A DNA stretch of 49,800 nucleotides from NCBI RefSeq assembly GCF_006345805.1, contig NW_021834331.1:1-49800 (forward strand), read 5' to 3'. Every line of letters starts with the position of its first letter. Position 1 is the stretch's first letter. The notes under the pieces were generated by a model. It saw only the letters and a list, made by a program, of their open reading frames with translations, had not been told where the DNA came from and searched no databases. The position numbers and the translations under genes were made by a program. Origin of the DNA: Octopus sinensis (lineage: Eukaryota). Positions 1 to 11,289 of this stretch are shown in pieces.

Positions 1-80
1 ATATATGTATATATATATATATATATGTACATATATATATATATATATATATGTACATATTATATGTATATATATATATA
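1..80. repeat. (AT)n microsatellite with interruptions
   Basis: Direct reading of the sequence. Confidence 0.95.
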
Positions 81-89
81 AAGAGAATA

Positions 90-400
90 CACACACATCT
101 CTATTTTAAATATTAGATGAGATTGTGATAATTATTTTTTGACCAAATGGATGTAAGGGGTATAATCAGTTTCTGTAAGTTACTTCGCAATGAGTTATCT
201 GCATTGTCCAGGAAACCTAGGAACTGATATTCTTTGCCCCCAGGTTCTCGTTACTCATTATGTGGAAAATTTTTATAGTCGAAAACCATCACTGGAATAT
301 AAATAATGTTCCCAGTTTGGAGAAAATCAGTTGAAAAATACGGCCGTTATAATCTTTTACACACATACACACACAGACAGAACTAGATTTATATTATAGA
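90..400 (-). mobile_element. 5' portion of a non-autonomous Helitron-like element
   Basis: Minus strand reads a|TCTATAATATAAATCTAGTTCTGTCTGTGTGTG. The same TCTATAATATAAA start marks the element ending at 23782. The left boundary is uncertain. Confidence 0.5.
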
Positions 401-410
401 TATATGAGAT

Positions 411-558
411 GGTTAGTAGCTTGCTTTCCAACCACATGGTTCCGGTTTCAGTCCCACTGCGTAAAACCTTGGACAAGTCTCATCTACTATAGCCTCGGAC
501 CGACCAATTCCTTGTGAATGTATTTGGTAGACGGAAACCGAAAGAAGCCCGTCGTATA
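411..558 (+). mobile_element. SINE 5' half (tRNA-related head)
   Basis: GCTTTCCAACCACATGGTTCCGGTTTCAGTCCCACTGCG...TTGGTAGACGGAAACCGAAAGAAGCCCGTCGTATA matches the head of the complete copy at 7335-7740. It ends in (CA)n. Confidence 0.85.
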
Positions 559-589
559 CACACACACACACACACACACACGTAAATGA

Positions 590-809
590 GATGTATATAT
601 ATATTCTTTTATTCTTTTACTTTCTTCCGTCATTTGACTCTGGCCATGCTGGAGCCGCCTTTAGTTGAGCAAACCAACCCAGGACGTATTTTTTGTAAGC
701 CTAGTACTTATTCTGTCGGTTCCTTTTGCCAAACCGCTAAGTTACGGGGACGTAAACACACCAGTATCTGTTGTCAAGTGATGTTGTGGGGACAAACACA
801 AACACACAA

Positions 810-847
<38 letters not shown>

Positions 848-975
848 CTATATATATACATATACGACGGGCTTCTTTTAGTTTCCATCTACCTTTCATT
901 TTCCGCCTACCTTTGGTCGTCCCGAGGCTATAGTAGAAGACACGCAATGTGCCACGCAGTGGGACTGAAACGTGA
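590..975 (-). mobile_element. SINE, nearly complete
   Basis: The reverse complement shows the head (TTCAGTCCCACTGCGTGGCAC...), a central (TG)n, the body, and the tail GGCGGCTCCAGCATGGCCAGAGTCAAATGAC...AAAAGAATAAAAGAATA. Confidence 0.85.
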
Positions 976-1301
976 CAAGGCAAGATAGTATGTACGCTTC
1001 TTTATTCATGTACCACTTCAATCGAAGCATGTCATAGCTGAATTCCTACCTGTTCTGAATTGTATTAGATTATTTGTGAAGTTCAAAGAAGTTTCTTTTG
1101 TTTATTCCAGCTAAGAACGCTTTTGACATTTCGTAACACGAGGAATTTTGCTTCTTAATTAATCTCTGGTTCCAGTAGTAACAATGCCATTGAAGGTTAC
1201 AGTAACCAATATTATTTGTAACAGTGGTAACGACCTTGTAACAGTAGTAATCCAGTAGTTGGTCCATGGTAGACTGCTTTGTTGATTGATGTTAATATCA
1301 T

Positions 1302-1332
1302 CTCGGAGAGAGAGAGCGGGAGAGAGAGAGAC

Positions 1333-1365
<33 letters not shown>

Positions 1366-1368
1366 AAC
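1302..1368. repeat. (GA)n microsatellite
   Basis: Direct reading. Confidence 0.95.
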
Positions 1369-1984
1369 ACAGAGACCAGGATTGAAGACAGAAAAAGGTG
1401 TGCTATCACAAAGGAAATACATGATTACCCAACCCGAGGGAAGTATAGGAGAAGGAGAGAGGGATTGAGAGACAGCAGAATAGAAATGGTGGCAAAATGC
1501 TTGGCATACTCACAAAGGACGGGGATTAGAATATTAATGGGATGGTTGAGTAAAAGAAGAGAGAGATATAGACGGCGACGAGTGCAAGGGCATACTCCAT
1601 AAGTGGCAGGATATTGTGAAGGAAGTGTAATTAAAGAGTGCGGAGTGGGGGAGTGAGTGGCGGAAACCTGGGTATATATAAAGTGAGGGGACCACCCTAT
1701 AGCAATGATACAGAGGAACAGGGCCGTGAGAGCTAGACATAGTGTATGAAGGAAGAGATGTGGAAATGTAGATTGGTTTGTTGAGGTAGGGTGAGTGAAA
1801 AGTTTTCTTGTTACATGTGGGTGGAACACATGTTGGGGATTAGCGGAGAGCAATGATAGAGTGACACAGGGCCAAGATAACGGGATTGGGGAGTCGGAAG
1901 TAAGCATAGTGCATGAAGCGGAAATGTAAGGAAGAGAAAAGATGTAGAGACGTAGTTTGTTTTGTTGTGATAGAGTGAGTGAGA

Positions 1985-2325
1985 AGTTTTCTTGTTAAGT
2001 GTGGGTGGGACACTCAGCGCTTCTAGAACACAGTTTTGCTGACGTGGGCGGATCTTCTTTAGAACTGCATATCGCCAGACATCTCGGTCCATTGTCATTT
2101 CCTCTGTGAGGCCCAAAATCCTGAGATCGATCCTTACCACTTCATCCCACGTCTTCCTGTGTCTCCCGCTTCCGCGGATACCATCCACTTTAAGTGATCG
2201 GCATTCCGTTATGCAACTGTCTTCATTCATACGCATCACATATTCAAACCAAGATAGTCTTCTCTCTTGCATGCTACATTTGATTCCTCTAATGTCCAAC
2301 TTTTCTCTCAATACATTTGCACTTT
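1985..2325 (-). pseudogene. RTE-clade LINE 3' fragment (C-terminus of RT ORF)
   Basis: Translation ERRLSWFEYVMRMNEDS...RGSGRHRKTWDEVVRIDL...DRDVWR fits the RTE C-terminal motif RRLxWxGHVxRM...RxRGRPxKTW...DRxxWR. A probable 3' UTR with a ~185-bp diverged duplication extends to about 1500. Confidence 0.85.
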
Positions 2326-2344
2326 GCTGTGCCCACGCGCGCGC

Positions 2345-2580
2345 GCACATTTGTGTGTGTGTGTGTGTGTGTGTGTTGCACCCCACCATTGCTTGACAAC
2401 CGAAGTTGTGTTTACGTCCCTGTTATCTAGCAGTTCGACAAAAGAGACCGATTGAATAAACACTAGGCTTACAAACAATAAGTCCTGGGGTCAATATCTT
2501 CGACTTTTCTCTCAATACATTTGCACTTTAAGGCGGTGGTCCAGTATAGCCACAGTCAAGAGTGAAACAAGTAAAATCAT
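2345..2580 (+). mobile_element. SINE 3' half
   Basis: GCTTGACAACCGAAGTTGTGTTTACGTCCC...AAGGCGGTGGTCCAGTATAGCCACAGTCAAGAGTGAAACAAGTAAAA, homologous to 7550-7740. Confidence 0.8.
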
Positions 2581-3461
2581 ATATATGAGTGCATATGTGT
2601 GTATGTGTGTGTCTGTGTGTATGTATGAGTGTATGTGTATGGACGTATGCGTTCATTCTTATATACATTTACATGTAATCAGAGTCATTTACTTCAATGA
2701 TCGATTCTCTCTCACGTCTTCCCTCGTCTTCTTAAACTCGAAGTTAACAGTTAATTTTTAAAATTATAATTCTATTCATCATGGTTTTCATTCTTTCTTT
2801 TCTTCTTTTTTTTTTCCTGATTTTCTTTTCAGGAAATCGGCTTCGGCAAGATGAAATGCAAAATTTTATTTTAACTCGGTCGTGATTTGAACGTTGCACG
2901 TAAAAATGTCCAAAGGAGCCAACACTACAGATTCTCTCAGAAGTTCTAGGCAATCCCTTGGTAAAAGAAGATGTGGTATGGAGTTTTACTGAAACACAAA
3001 ACTGTTCCAGGGGCTCAACAGAGACCTACATTTTCAACTCAGAATCAATTGACAGTTGGAGATTATGGCATCCAAGGGAGGCTACTCCAGACAAACATTG
3101 GCTACTTTATAGAAGGGACATTACTTTTAACAGCTTCATCCGCATTTGTTGAGAGAAATTGGATAAACGGAGAGGGAATAAATAAATGGATGAATAAATA
3201 CATAAAAGATAATGGAAGGCACGTTTTGAAATTTCACACACGCACACATGCACAAACAGACAAATACACAACACACATGATGAAACAGACTCCAATAAGG
3301 CGGTATTGTTCTGCGTCGGCAAGACTTATACTTTGAAGTAAAATCGATACAAACAGTTTGTTTTTGAACTTAGATGTATGTTTGTGTGTGTGTGTGCCCG
3401 CGTGTGAGTGTGTACACGTATGTTTATGTGTATGTATGGGTGTGCACGAGTGTATATATAC

Positions 3462-3527
<66 letters not shown>

Positions 3528-3534
<7 letters not shown>

Positions 3535-4039
3535 TAAAAAATGGAGTTAACGCAGGTGTAAACAAATATTTTTACTTTCGACACATGTTTCGAAAATTCC
3601 ACTGATACTATTCAAAAGAATAAATGGTATAAACAATGCAATCTTCTCTTCGGGAAAGTGAAAAAAACGAAACTCGTCAATACGACATTTTAGCAAAAAA
3701 TGATGGATTTGTATAGCGATAGACAGAACGCTATTAATATTGTTTAAAAAAACGTTATATGATATAACGTCATAAGTAGCTAACAGAAAGAGTAGGGATA
3801 TTAATAGTGAATGTTAAATATAAAGGAAATTAAAGTTTAAATTATATATAATGATAGAGACTACTTATATGCACTAAATGTATGTTTTTGCCAATGCTTA
3901 TATCTGTATGCTCCCGAAGAGAAGATTGCATTGTTTATACCATTTATTCTTTTGAATAGTATCAGTGGAATTTTCGAAACATGTGTCGAAAGTAAAAATA
4001 TTTGTTTACACCTGCGTTAACTCCATTTTTTATTCATAT
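3528..4039. repeat. Perfect 127-bp inverted repeat (arms 3528-3654 and 3913-4039)
   Basis: The arms are base-for-base reverse complements, with a ~258-bp AT-rich spacer. Confidence 0.95.
3574..3659 (-). ncRNA. Type-I hammerhead-like motif, U4C core variant, long stem II
   Basis: ACUUUC-CCGAAGA-GAAGAUU...AAUUUUC-GAAAC-AUGU-GUC-GAAAGU. Stem I is 6 bp, the base of stem II is 7 bp with a further hairpin, and stem III ACAUGUGU is self-complementary. Confidence 0.65.
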
Positions 4040-4181
4040 TATTCAAATATTCAACGTAAATACGAAGTTTCTACCTTTATAAACAAGGAGTTACAACACC
4101 TTTACATGTGAGATTTTTGCTGCCCTGGTAACTATTTATTTATTTTTCCGTATTAATTGTTAACAAGGTAAAAATACACTC

Positions 4182-4312
<131 letters not shown>

Positions 4313-4419
4313 TACGTTTAAATATTTGTTGTGCAAAATAACACCAAATATATAGTGCGTGTGTTTTTATTGGCTAAACTGGCAATATGACCATTCCGAA
4401 ATATATATATATATATATA

Positions 4420-4705
4420 TATGGTGTTAGCGGTGTTATGGGCTGTGATGAGATATGTGGTGTTGGTGGAAAGGATTGCAGATGAGGTAAAAGGGAAGCG
4501 AAGACTGCAGGGGCCGGCGGAAGAGCCGGGCATGCGTGAGCAGGAAGCACGTGTGGTCAGTTCGAGCAGAGACGCCAGCGAGCAAAGACGTATTTATTTC
4601 TTGAGAGTGATCGCTTATTCCGCCGAGGCCAACAGCTAAGGCCCTTTGTATTTCTTTCTCCCGTTTGCTTCTTTTTCTGTTGTCCTTTTCCTCCATCACA
4701 CTACA
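4420..4705 (+). repeat. 5' LTR
   Basis: TATGGTGTTAGCGG...CCATCACACTACA. Homologous to 6404-6676 with roughly 20 substitutions plus indels by eye. Confidence 0.9.
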
Positions 4706-4811
4706 AGCTATTTCGGCTCATAACAGAAAAAAACCAAAAACGAATGTTGAGTGTTGTCCGTATTTCGAACGATATGGTCAAACCGTTTTGCAGTGACACG
4801 TATGTGGTTGC

Positions 4812-5504
4812 TTGGTTGAAGAAGATGAAGTTGGTGGCGAAGCTCCACGGTATAAACGACTTGCGAGCTTTATATCGCTGTACTTAGATGGTTCGGCGTT
4901 GGCGCTGTACCTAGAAATGGAAAAGAGGGACCAACTTAGCGCGGAGAAAATAGAAATCCGTTTGATGGAGGCCCTTGCAGAGGGAATGTTCGAAGCGTAC
5001 GCTCGCCTGGGAAAAGCAAAATGGACTGGGGAACGGGTTGACGTATTTGCAAACGAACTCAGAAGATTGTCTAAACTAGCGGGATATGAGAGAGAATCGC
5101 TGGACCGAACGGTTAAGTTAGCGTTTGTGACTGGCTTTCCTGACCACATGTCGGTCGAGTTGCAGAAGCTGCCGAACATTAACTCGATGGCGATGGCAGA
5201 CATTGTATCTCGGGCTCGCGTGCTAGTTTCGTGCTGCAGGACGACGTCGGTAGCAGCGACTGCAACAACGAAAAGTGGCCGAGCAAGGAGCAGCGGAGAG
5301 GGGTCAAAGAAAGAACGTGTGCGACCATTCAAAGGACAGTGTTTCTGGTGTCAGGGCCTGCGCATGGTCCGAGACTGTGAGTCACCCAAGCCTGAGGTCA
5401 CTTGCTACCGGTGTCGAGAAACGGGACATATAGCCAGCGAATGTCTGCGGGGAAGCGGTCTAAGGGTGACTACTGCGTCAGTAGTTGTCCCTGTGGATCA
5501 ATAG
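4812..5504 (+). pseudogene. Gypsy gag remnant with two zinc-knuckle-like motifs
   Basis: CFWCQGLRMVRDC (degenerate) and CYRCRETGHIASEC (CCHC). The start is frameshifted. Confidence 0.85.
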
Positions 5505-5800
5505 AGGCGCGTTTATCATCATTATCTGTAGTCGACATTCTGGTGGAGGGGAAGATGTCACGAGCCCTTGTGGACACGGGCTGTACGACGACCCTGATGA
5601 CTCCAGAGGTGGTAGAGACGTGGAGTGGAGAAAGCAGTGTAAGAGCAGTCGACGGAAGGGAGGTACACTGTGAAGGCATTACAGATGCGCAGATTGTGGT
5701 GCAGGGAATAAGGCTGACGCTGCGAGCATTGGTGAGAACCGTGAAGAAAAGTATGCTGCACCCGCCATTGAAGACCAGAGGTGGACAGTAGAGTGGCACT
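5505..5800 (+). pseudogene. Gypsy aspartic protease remnant
   Basis: ALVDTGCTTTLM contains the D-T-G active-site motif. Confidence 0.85.
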
Positions 5801-5817
5801 GGAAGGGAGAGACTCCG

Positions 5818-6332
5818 ATGTTAAAAAATAAAGTGGGCTGCTATCAGCATACTCTAAAAGGAGATGCCTCAAGTGAGTTCGAGGGGGAGGTAGAACGGTG
5901 GATTAAAGAGGGCATATTGATCCCTTGGGAAGAAGTAGAGAGCGGAGTCCTACCACTGATGGCGGTGGTACAGCCCACAAAGCATAAGGTCAGGCCAGTG
6001 CTTGACTTCCGAGAGCTGAACGACCACGTATCATGTCATACAGGCGGCGAGGCCACAGATGTCTGCGGAGACACCTTGCGAGAGTGGAGGCAGATGACAG
6101 GGGCCTCCACAATCGTCGATTTGAAGTCGGCATACCTGTGGCTGAGAAACTGTGCAAGTATCAGCTTGTTAGGTATAAGGGCCGGACATACTGTCTGACC
6201 AGGTTGGGGTTCGGGCTGAATTCAGCGCCAAAGATTATGGCAACAATTCTCAACGCCAGTCCCGAGGTCGCACGGCGACCACAGAGGGAGCGGCACCCTC
6301 CTCCATGGTTGGCTGATTATGAAACCAGTTAA
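5818..6332 (+). pseudogene. Gypsy RT N-terminal part joined to a pol C-terminal tail
   Basis: RPVLDFRELN, TIVDLKSAY and YCLTRLGFGLNSAP are RT motifs. They are followed directly by RRPQRERHPPPWLADY-stop, typical of the end of Gypsy pol. There is no YxDD, RNase H or integrase core. Confidence 0.8.
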
Positions 6333-6403
6333 GGTGTGAGTTCGGGAGCGAGGAGTGAGTGGGAAGGCTGGTCGAGTGATCTGTAGATTAGGGGGGGGGG
6401 TCG

Positions 6404-6676
6404 TGTGGTGTTAGCGGTGTTATAGGCTATGATGATCTATGTTGTGTTGGTGGAGAGGATTGCAGATGAGGTAAAAGAGAAGTGAAGACTGCAGGGGCCG
6501 GCGGAAGAGCCACAGGGGCATGTATGGGTAGGAAGCACGTTTGGTCAGTTCGAGCAGAGACGCGTTTATTTGTTGAGAGTGATCGCTTATTCCGCCGAGG
6601 CCAACAGGTAAGGCTCTTTGTATTTCTTTCTCCCGTTTGTTTCTTTTTCTGTTGTCTTTTCCTCCATCATACTACA
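6404..6676 (+). repeat. 3' LTR
   Basis: TGTGGTGTTAGCGG...CATACTACA with TG...CA ends, preceded by the polypurine tract. Confidence 0.9.
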
Positions 6677-6799
6677 ATATATATACATATACACACATAT
6701 GTCTATGTCTAATAAATGGAAGCAATGGATGTAAAGGATTTACCAAAAAGCCACGACACTCACGTACCCATACGTTATATATCGATATATATATATATA

Positions 6800-7850
6800 T
6801 AACATAGATGTACCATATAAAGGTACAAAGATATTGCGGAGATGAATTAATATGTAGGAAAATAGTTTCCATTAGTTTTCCAAAAACAAGCAATATCTTA
6901 ATAACTAATATTTTAAAAGATATTGTGAATATTTTACCAACGTTGTTTTTTCTTTGTAAAAAAATGTTTCTGCAACATTTGCTTCGTATTCTTACGGGTG
7001 ATACCTCCTCCTCCTCCTCCTCCTTGATATTCCTACATTTCATCGCCACCCCTTGCAATTTCCTTTCCTATTTCTTTTGCCTCCGCCCCTATTGTTGTTA
7101 TTTCATTAAAATAAAATTACATTACTTCAATACAATTATATTTACATTAAATCCAGATCAGTCTACATTAGGTAGACTCATGATCAAAGCTATTCTAGTA
7201 GTCACTTAGAAATCATTGTCCAACGTTTCTTTCTTCTTTTATGATGGCAAAGGTGAGGGGGAAATTTGAGGGAGATTTGGTTGCTACATTTAGCAGGTGG
7301 AGTCACTGCATAGGGGCTCACCACTTTGGTGGTCTGGCATGGCTGTGTGGTAAGAAGTTTGCTTCCCAACCACATGGTTTTGGGTTCAGACCCACTGCGT
7401 GGTATCTTGGGTAAGTATCATCTAGTATAGTCTCGGGCAGACCAAGCCTTGTGGGCGGATTTGGTAGACGGAAACTGAAAGAATCCCGCCGTATATATTC
7501 ATGTATATATCTATGTGTATGTGTTTTTGTGTCTGTGTTTGTCCCGCATCACCACTTGACAACCGTTGCTGGTGTGTTTACGTCCCCGTAACTTAGCAGA
7601 TCGGCAAAAATGACCGAGAGAATAAGTATTAAGCTTAAAAACAAGCCCTAGGTTCGATTTGTTTAACTAAGACCCTTCAAGGCAGTGCTCCAGCATGGCC
7701 GCAGTCAAATGACTGAAACGAGTAAAAGAATAAAAGAATACTGATAGTGACAAGGACGACGACGATGATGATGGCGATGATAACGATGATGATAATGATG
7801 ATATTGCTACTGATACCAATTCTACCAAATGAACAGCAAATGGTATTTCA
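6800..7850. repeat. Unclassified dispersed repeat, second copy at 40515-40860; this copy carries a SINE insertion
   Basis: Shared blocks: CATAGATGTA.CATATAAA, AAAGATAT.GC.GA.ATGAATTAATATGTAG.AAA, GTGAATATTTTACCAACGTT, ACTGCATAGG.G...T.GGTGGT and a GAT-rich tract. Confidence 0.6.
7335..7740 (+). mobile_element. Full-length tRNA-headed SINE
   Basis: A-box-like TGGCTGTGTGGT, B-box-like GGTTCAGACCC, a central microsatellite, a 3' stem-loop CAGTC-AAAT-GACTG and an (AAAAGAAT)n tail. Confidence 0.9.
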
Positions 7851-8805
7851 TTCAAATTTTACACATGCCTTACTTAAGGTCCGGGGAGTGTCATCGGCAA
7901 AAAATCTTAACTTTTTGCCTGGGGCGACCCCACAGTAATATCATATCTTCTCCGCTATTTCAGTATTACGTGTTAAAAGTGAAACAAAAACATCTCTCTT
8001 TGTAATGCAGACACTTTCACTTTAATACTGAAACTATTAAAGCGAAAGTATTATATAATAAGGATGAACCATTAACAAGTGGTCATCCATTTTGCTAGAA
8101 GAAGATCCGCTATGGTCTTATATGCTACACCACTGGTTTTCAATTCATATTAATCAAATTAATATTCAATTTTTCACCCTTATTATGTGTGTGTGTGTGT
8201 GTATATTAGCAATTCGTATAAAATTGCATCAATGACTTGAACTTGAATAAGTGGTTTCACATAAATGGGGATAAATTAAAAAGGTTTGTTGTTATTATTA
8301 TTACTGTTTGACTATTGTAATCACGTTTGTTGGATCCTCGTCAGGGAAACGTTATTGTGTTGGATTTGTTAAATAATTGTAAACCGTAACCCTCCCCCTT
8401 TCGGAGAAGGGGTTTTGGTTATTGTTTAAAAATTGAATTGTGTCCTTGTTTGGGGAAATTGACAATATATTCACCATCTTTACGGAAGCATTTTTGTTAA
8501 AATGCCTTCGATAGAAGAAAGTCCAAAAATTAATTTCGCTGCAGCCGTACACTTCTATACAAGAGGAAAGACAAGATCCAATTGATCGGAATTGCAAGAG
8601 ACAGGCCTACAATTCCAGTCTGTTATATATTTTGAGTATTGTTATCACTAGCGATATCAAGATATAACTTTGTATTTTGTATTTTATGTGTAGATGTATA
8701 TATATATAGATGTACATGTAATATGTACACATATATATACACATATATACATGCATAATATATCTACCCATACACACATACGCACACACACACATATACA
8801 TAGGG

Positions 8806-8898
8806 GCAGGTGTGGCTGTGTGGTAACAAACTACGTTCCAAACACATGGTCCTGGGTTCAGTTCCACTGTGTGGTGACTTGGCATGTGTCTTCTACCT
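8806..8898 (+). mobile_element. SINE head fragment
   Basis: GTGGCTGTGTGGTAAC...GGGTTCAGTTCCACTGTGTGG. Confidence 0.75.
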
Positions 8899-8899
8899 T

Positions 8900-9589
8900 C
8901 GTCTACTACTGCATGAGGTCAGAGGGCCAACGTCTTTCCAGGCCCTAAAAACCGTTCATGGACATGTCTACACAACAGAGAAGCCTGCTATCGACAAGGT
9001 CTGTTAGAAGATGGTGCACAATGGGATGCAACTTTAGGAGAGGCTGCTTTATCACAATCACCTAAAAGTCTTAGGGCACTATTTGCAGTATTACTACAGG
9101 CATGCGAACTGTGTGATCCGGCCACTGTATGGCTCAAATATAGAGACAACCTGGCTGAAGACTTTCAGCGCCAAGCTCAACTGTTCTATCCTGACATGGA
9201 GGGTATCATCAACGAAATCTATAACAAAACACTCATTGACATTGAAGACAGAATTGCTAAACTGGGTGGAAATGAATTGTCGACGTATGGCCTGCCACAA
9301 GCATTCAGGTCAGGGTCAAATAGCCTTCCCACTGCTGTCATTCGTGAAACAACCTACGACACTCAAGCGCTTTCAAAGTATAGTGTTGAAAATGAGCCTA
9401 AATTACTTCCGGACCAGCTGCAGGCCTACAGAACTATTCTTAACAGTGTACGCCAACGCGAGGGACGAATCTTCTTCCTCGATGCTCCTGTAGGGACAGG
9501 AAAAACATTTATTACAAAGCCTCTCCTTGCAGAAGTTAGGCAGCATCAGAACATTGCAGTAGTTGTAGCCTCCTCTGGCATTGCAGCTA
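8900..9589 (+). pseudogene. Helitron RepHel remnant (linker and PIF1 helicase N-terminus)
   Basis: GPTSFQALKTV, GLLEDGAQW, FFLDAPVGTGKTF (Walker A) and VASSGIAAT, with frameshifts. Confidence 0.92.
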
Positions 9590-10767
9590 CGAGGGGCGTT
9601 CAATAAGTAATGCCTCTGACCCACTTGCAGTTGTTTGATCTAGCTGAAAATTTACATGTGCAATTATTTATATCTCTATAGATTAAGTGGCAAATTACAG
9701 CTCTGAACTAATTGTGGTTTCTGATATACAGGTGTTTGAACTGAGTCAAGTGAAATGGAGCCTGTTGAGTGTCGAGCAGTGATCCGGTTTTTGTATTTGA
9801 AAGGACGCACACCACGGGAGACTTTTGATGAAATGAAAGTAACTTATGGTGATGATGCCCCATCATATGACCTTGTAAAACGCTGGCATCGTGAATTCAA
9901 ACATGGTTGGAACTCTGTGGAAACAGCTCTCAGATCTGGTCGCCCCCCTTCTGCCATTGATGAGGCATCTGTCCGTCAAGTTGAGGCTGCCATTTTGGAA
10001 GATCGACGCATAACTATTCGCCAAATAGCCCATGAGGTCAAGTTTAGTACCGGGTCTGTGGAAACTATCATTCATGACCATTTGCATATGCAAAAGGTGT
10101 CTGCCAGATGGATTCCCAGGTTGCTCACACCTTTCCAGAAGCAAGAACGCGTCGAGTGCTCGAGGATGAATTTGGAGATGTGCCAAGAAGATGAGTCAAA
10201 ATTTTTTAAAAGACTGATTACACAGGATGAAACCTGGTCCATCACTATGATCCAGAGACCAAAGCCCAGTCAATGCAGTGGAAGCACCGTGACTCACCTC
10301 TTCCAAAGAAGGCAAGGGTGCAGCCCTCCGCTGGCAAGGTCATGCTCACAGTCTTCTGGGACCAGGACAGAGTAGTGATGACAGATTTCCTGGCAAAGGG
10401 TACCACAATTACAGGAGCCTATTATGCTTCACTTTTGAGGAAATTAAGAGAAGCTATCAAAATGAAGAGGCGAGGCAAGATCAGCAAAGGCATCCTCCTC
10501 CTGCAGAACAACGCTCCGGTCTACAACTCGCGTGTCGCCAGATCAGAAGCACAGGCGTGCGGCTATGAACTCCTCCCCCATCCCCCTACTCTCCTGACCT
10601 TGCACCCTCTGATTTTCACCTCTTCCCAGCCATGAAGTTGTTTTTGAAAGGAAAGCGTTTCCCAGATGATGCAGCCTTGATTTCTGAAGTCATGTCATGG
10701 TTGGAGGACCAAGCTGGGGTCTTCTACAAAAACGGTCTCCAGAGTTGCATCAAACGATGGAAGAAAA
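9590..10767 (+). mobile_element. Mariner DNA transposon, right end missing
   Basis: TA|CGAGGGGCGTTCAATAAGTAATGC left terminal inverted repeat. A transposase follows, but there is no right terminal repeat before the Helitron sequence resumes. Confidence 0.9.
9755..10767 (+). pseudogene. Mariner (DD34D-type) transposase, frameshifted
   Basis: N-terminal HTH (RAVIRFL...VKRWHREF), WIPRLLT, ITQDETW, LQNNAP (catalytic D replaced by N) and HPPYSPDLAPSDFHLF across a frameshift. Confidence 0.92.
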
Positions 10768-11006
10768 GGAGCAGAAATTTCATTTACATTCAGAAGACTG
10801 CAATTCCCCCTTTGTGTCAGCTTTGCCATGTCCATTAACAAATCTCAAGGTCAAACCCTCTCTGTAGCTGGTCTTCTCTTAGAAGAGCCCTGCTTCTCGC
10901 ATGAGCAACTGTATGTTGGCTGCTCAAGAGTAGGAACCAGAAGAAGCCTTTTTGTATATGCTCCACAAGGAAAAACAAGGAACATTGTTTACAACGAGGT
11001 GTTATA
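10768..11006 (+). pseudogene. Helitron PIF1 helicase C-terminus
   Basis: FTFRRLQFP..FAMSINKSQGQTLS...CFSHEQLYVGCSRV...TRNIVYNEVL-stop. Confidence 0.93.
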
Positions 11007-11082
11007 ATCTCAACAGCTAGGAGGTATATACACGATCCCCCTTTTTTTAACAAGCTTCATGTACTTTCATGTATTTATATTA

Positions 11083-11142
<60 letters not shown>

Positions 11143-11289
11143 ATGTGTGTATGTGTGTGTGTGTGTGTATCCATATATATATATATATACAGAAAAATCT
11201 AATTCTTCAATTTAATGTAACCGGGCAACGCCGGGTAACTCTGCTAGTATATATATATGTATGTGTGTGTGTGTGTGTGTGTGTGTCTG

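Larger units (their letters stand above)
4420..6676 (+). mobile_element. Gypsy/Ty3 LTR retrotransposon, internally deleted
   Basis: Two homologous ~280-bp LTRs, a G-run polypurine tract at 6391-6400, and gag, protease and partial RT between them. It is inserted in (AT)n, so the target-site duplication is ambiguous. Confidence 0.92.
7850..11247 (+). mobile_element. Composite Helitron: non-coding 5' part, RepHel remnant and canonical 3' end
   Basis: 7850-8790 is homologous to 35340-36380. PIF1 helicase motifs are present. The 3' hairpin CCGGGCAACGCCGGG (11221-11235) is followed by CTAG|T at 11244-11247. Confidence 0.8.

Noticed and set aside
1070-1290. 65-aa minus-strand ORF in unique-looking sequence
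   Set aside because: No recognisable motif or splice context.
2904-3152. ORF containing IDSWRLWHPRE, reminiscent of an L1/Tx1 endonuclease motif
   Set aside because: A single short motif with no supporting neighbours.
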